DNA from: Ylistrum balloti | Lineage: Eukaryota | DNA: 64,000 nucleotides | NCBI RefSeq assembly: GCF_031769215.1 | Contig: NW_026782443.1 | Location: 620,001-684,000, forward strand | Direction: 5' to 3' | In this document: positions 59,541-64,000 of the stretch, one piece after another | Numbering within the stretch: the stretch's first letter is position 1 | Layout: each line of letters starts with the position of its first letter | Notes under the pieces: generated by a model | Seen by the model: only the letters and a program-made list of their open reading frames with translations | What the model was told of the DNA's origin: nothing | Databases searched by the model: none | Made by a program: the position numbers and the translations under genes

Positions 59541-59779
59541 ACAGCGCGTGGGTTACAGGGTTTTGTATTATGGAAATATTCGAATATTCCGATGTACACA
59601 AATAAAAAAAACCCCAAAATGTTATCAGTATTAGGTGAACAAATACTGTCGTCATGTCATCCATTTTCGAGGTTATATCAAACATGTCTATATAGACTAA
59701 TGTGAATGATATCTATACTTAGTGTCCCAAGATCATACCATATATCGACTTGATGCAATTTACGCTAACTAATCAAAAA

Positions 59780-60408
59780 TAAACGTCCATACCCTTGGGC
59801 ACAAATAAACCTACTTAAACTTAAAAACATATTACTCACTTAAAAGTCATACCACTTAGGAAACAGATAAATCTATTTACCAAAAGTCCATACGCTTAGA
59901 AACATATCTACTCACTTACTAAATGGTCATACCATTGGAAACAGATAAATCTATTTACCAAAAGTCCATACACTTAGAAACAGATCTACTCACTTACTAA
60001 ATGTTCATACCCTTGGAAACAGATAAATCTATTTACCAAAAGTCCATAACTTAGGAACATATCTACTCACTTACCAAATGGTCATACCATTGGAAACAGA
60101 TATATCTATTTACCAAAAGTCCATACACTTAGAAACATATCTACTCACTTACCAAATGTCCATACCCTTGGAAACAGATAAATCTATTTACCAAAAGTCC
60201 ATACACTTAGAAACATATCTACTCACTTACCAAATGTCCATACCCTTGGAAACAGATAAATCTATTTACCAAAAGTCCATACACTTAGAAACAGATCTAC
60301 TCACTTACCAAATGTCCATACCCTTGGAAACAGATAAATTTATTTACCAAATGTTCATACACTTAGAAACAGATAAACTCACTAACCAAATGTTCATACC
60401 CATGGAAA
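59780..60408. repeat. 39-bp array with 78-bp dimeric higher-order structure
   Basis: Alternating AAACAGATAAATCTATTTACCAAAAGTCCATACACTTAG and AAACATATCTACTCACTTACCAAATGTCCATACCCTTGG. Confidence 0.93.
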
Positions 60409-62419
60409 CAGTTCTGAATCAAGTGACCGAACTAAATGAATGTAGTAATTAATTCGTGTCAGTTATTACAAAAACCTGACATAGAGTATCAGGTTTACTA
60501 ACCCCAAGTGTAGTGGTTTGTACAATAATTACACACATGTGTTGTTTAGGCACGATAAACCATGTACCTGTCATTATCCTGAATCAAGGTGTATGATAAT
60601 GCAGTCGTTATTTCCATCCAAAGCACTACCCCAAAAAAGCTATTGTGACATCCCCATTCTACGAGTGAGACCCCTACATCTCACGTGCATGGTTATATAT
60701 TTATATAATAGTTTCCGTCATTCTTTAACGAATTCCATTTTTTTTTATAAAAATCTATGAATGGCCGATGAAATATTTCCAATTAATGATACTATATTTA
60801 GTCATTTATATTAAATTTAGATTAATACTTTACCCCGATAACAGATATGATGTTATCGTAATATGTTTGTGTATATAGCTGGCAGGTGCCCAAACTTTGT
60901 CTTAAAGTATGCATAACAGATTTAATGGGTCAATTAGAAAAACACTATTTAAACAGATACCATCTCATTACCGCAAGGTGACCAATACATTTCAAATCAA
61001 AACATATTTATCAGGGCATGTAGAAGAACATTAAATAAAACAAAAATATCTGTCATTTTGATTGAAGGAATGATATCACATGGCTTCGTTTATTTCTATA
61101 ATAATCGTATTTAAGACAAGTGATGAAACTCTGCTTGATTAGATTGTCTGGTGATATTTACTGGATTCAATCTGTATATATTATTAAATAACCGCTGGTG
61201 ACGAGAAGTGGTTGGGAGGAGGAAGGGGAGGAATGGGAGGAGGGAGAGGGGGAGGAGCGGGGAGGAGGAGGGTAGGGAGGAGAAGGAGGAGATGGGGAGA
61301 AGGAGGAGGAAGAGCAAGGGTATGAGGAGGAGGGGGAGATGGGGAGTGGGGAAGATAAGGGAAGGAAGGAGAGGAGGGGGAGGAGGGGGAAGAGACAATG
61401 ATATTGTGGTCACATACTTTCTATAGAACTTCATATAATGTCACAATTGAGTAAAACGACAAAATGTTCATACACTTGTAAACAGATAAACTCACTTACC
61501 AAATGGTCATACCCTTGTAAACAGATAAACTCACTTACCAATTGTCCATACGGTTGGAAACAAATAAACTCACTTACACACCAACTGCGACAATGAAATA
61601 TAAAGAAAATGAAAATTAAGCGGAAAGAAGACATTGAAACAGAAGTATAAATGATCTATGGGCTAACCCAGAAAAGTTTAGACAAACTGATTACCAGCAT
61701 TAAATAACATACGTATTGTTTACGATCATTTATTTGTTTGTTTACTTCATTTTCGTCTTTTATATCACTGAAAATCCACAAAGGCAAGTATTAGTACACA
61801 CGTACCTAAAACTATGAAGGAGATGTTTGTAAGCGGTTTAGTACTGGCGTTGTACCGATCTATTTTCTACAATTTGACACCCACTTGTTTAGGAGGTATA
61901 AGATTAGCATCCGTCTTTAACATAAAAACCGGATAAGGTTTTATTTACAATATCTACCGAAGTGGATAACTTGAACTGATAGTTATGTAGGCAAACCTGG
62001 ACTTAAGGAGGTTTCATTGTTGACAGGGAGTTTTATGTCGATGAACTGACATTTACAGTACCTCATCAAGTAACGTGATATGATATTAAAATAGTTGTAA
62101 TAAAGATACGTTTTGATTTACAATTTGATTCTCTTCACCTTTCAGGTAAATACAGTGTCACCCTGATAGATAGTTAATATAAAACACGACATTATTTTTC
62201 ATTGTCTTTAGGAAGAATCCAGTGTGAAATATGTTTCTTATCTTTGCGATTACAGAACTGACATTAAGAATTTTTTTTATAACAAAAAATATTGGAAACT
62301 TTATATTTAACATTTGCACGGTTATAAAACTTTATAAACTAACCGGAGAGAAGTATAATAACAAAAACATTTTTCAAAAAATACAAAAATGTCAACATAA
62401 TCATGCAAATTCAATAAAA

Positions 62420-62875
62420 TGAGCGCAAAATAAGAACAAAAAATTCACGTGGACTCCTACAAAAGCACAAGAAGATTAAGACCAGGTGTTCCGAAAAAGT
62501 AAGCGTCTTCTGATTCATCGACGACACCCGCCATGTAAACCTTGTTCAACATAAGTGATGTCACGTTCTCAAAATAGAAAAAAGGTATACAACAATGGGA
62601 CCAACAAGCAAACTAAGAGCACCAAACACGCCCAGCATCATATCATTCAAAGATCTAAAATATTTCTCAATGAGATCATCATGACGGCTGTAAAACTTCC
62701 CAATAATCTTCATCAACCTACGTCTTTTGAATATGTTGAAAATTGGTCGAAAGCTCATGCTATTAATGTCACTTCTAGAATAAACACGATAAGACTGTAA
62801 CAAAGATTTGACAGTGCTAAGAATGGTAGTTAGTCGTTGGTAGTTCGACGAAAATTAAATTTACAATTTTTTCAT
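62420..62875 (-). mobile_element. Penelope-like element 3' portion: RT C-terminus plus 3' repeat (copy C, empty MITE site)
   Basis: SYRVYS...RLMKIIGKFYSRHDDLIEKY resembles SYGVYIS...KFYxRHxDLIxKY; continues into the shared 3' core. Confidence 0.75.
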
Positions 62876-63286
62876 AACATTGACATTTCGTGTCAACTTG
62901 GGGCACCGGAAGTTGCCCTTGAAAAGAACACTGAGAGGTCGACAAAATAAGGAATATTGTTATTCAAAAGAAATACTTTTCATGACTGCACATCGAAGTG
63001 CATCGGCAAAAGGGTGTTCTCTGAAAAGAAAGAAACCAAACACAGCTTTGCAAGCAAACATGATATCGCGTGCTCTTCAATACTGAAACTGACAAGGAAA
63101 AGAAAATTTGATTAAGATAAAGTAATGTAAACTTCTTATTGACAGAAGGTTATCAAAGATAAACTAGTCGGATTTAAAACATATCAACATGTCAACAAAA
63201 AATCAAACCTAGATTCAACGAAACTAGAACAAAAAACGAAACAAATGAAAAACACACATGAAGCTTTTAAAGGAGAGTAAGACCCG

Positions 63287-63514
63287 GCCCCACATCTCAA
63301 CTTGAGATTTCCTCAAGCCCAGATTTTCCTCAGCTAATATCTCCTTGAAAATATCTTGTATGAAAATTCCTCAAGGAATTTCAGGACATCCTAGCCGATG
63401 ACTTCCTCCTGTTCCTTGAGAAAATTTTATACAAGCCGTTTTTGAGGAGATATCAGCAGAGGAAAATCTCGACTTGAGGAAATCTCAAGTTGAGATGTTT
63501 TATACAAGTGGGGC
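63287..63514. mobile_element. Harbinger-like MITE, 228 bp, inside Penelope-associated repeat copy D
   Basis: TIR GCCCCAC...CATCTCAACTTGAGATTTCCTCAAG (11-bp deletion in the left arm); CCG duplicated at 63284-63286 and 63515-63517. Confidence 0.82.
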
Positions 63515-64000
63515 CCGGTGTTCCTAAAGTCTAAACATTTCCTGTTTCGTCAACGACATCCGGCATGAAATTATGGGTCAATACAAGTAAGCAATGTCAT
63601 GTTTCATAAGGTTTACCGGACAATTTGAGGAGAATCGAACACAACTAACTTTAGAGTGCACAAGGAAATAGGATATTTACAATGTAAATAGATTATGGAG
63701 GGTTACACTTCCTCATTACTATCATTAACCGACATCTCTCTATACCTTGTGAGTTTAACGACAACAATCGTCTGTACCTTTCCTATATCGAGATGTAAAA
63801 CTTAACTTTAAAATATTGTGTCAAACTTTTGTTTCAATAAATGCAAGAGGTCACGTAAATATCCACCAACATCACATTGTCTCGGGTGTACGCCTTCGTG
63901 ACGTGTCAGGTGTACATTTCACGGTCTTGGATTATATCGATCACGGCATATATCAATTACGGAGTAGAATTGGTGGCCATTACATCCGGTCCATATCAAA

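Larger units (their letters stand above)
56046..61578. repeat. Long inverted repeat (foldback): arms ~56046-57283 and ~60409-61578
   Basis: ~1.2-kb reverse-complement homology including a polypyrimidine/polypurine tract and outer 39-bp arrays; reciprocal ORFs 56909-57175(-)/60518-60760(+) and 56289-56528(+)/61111-61434(-). Confidence 0.93.

Overview
Repeat-rich eukaryotic genomic DNA. A bivalve-mollusc origin is inferred from the gene families and the Helentron-type and Penelope-type repeats. Three protein-coding genes were assembled by hand from splice sites and reading phases: (1) the last 10 exons of a FaNaC-related DEG/ENaC channel (+, 1254-11786; 5' part lies upstream of the window); (2) an intronless ORF encoding only KY/Hillarin-type C-terminal repeats (+, 19898-20575); (3) a complete 20-coding-exon alpha-catenin (-, 50322-30287, 905 aa) with a 21-nt microexon and a likely non-coding first exon. 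The rest is about 20 unrelated minisatellites and many transposon remnants: a deleted Gypsy element with PBS and TSD, Penelope RT relics, Helentron-type non-autonomous elements, Harbinger-like MITEs, Tc1 and MULE relics, a TSD-flanked non-LTR insert, a Crypton-like element and a 5.5-kb foldback. Most unusual observations: two different MITEs occupy the same nucleotide of two copies of a Penelope-associated repeat, with an empty copy as control, and three independent tandem duplications are each built from an exon end plus its 5' splice site. No searches were run; family names come from motif recognition and repeat boundaries are approximate.
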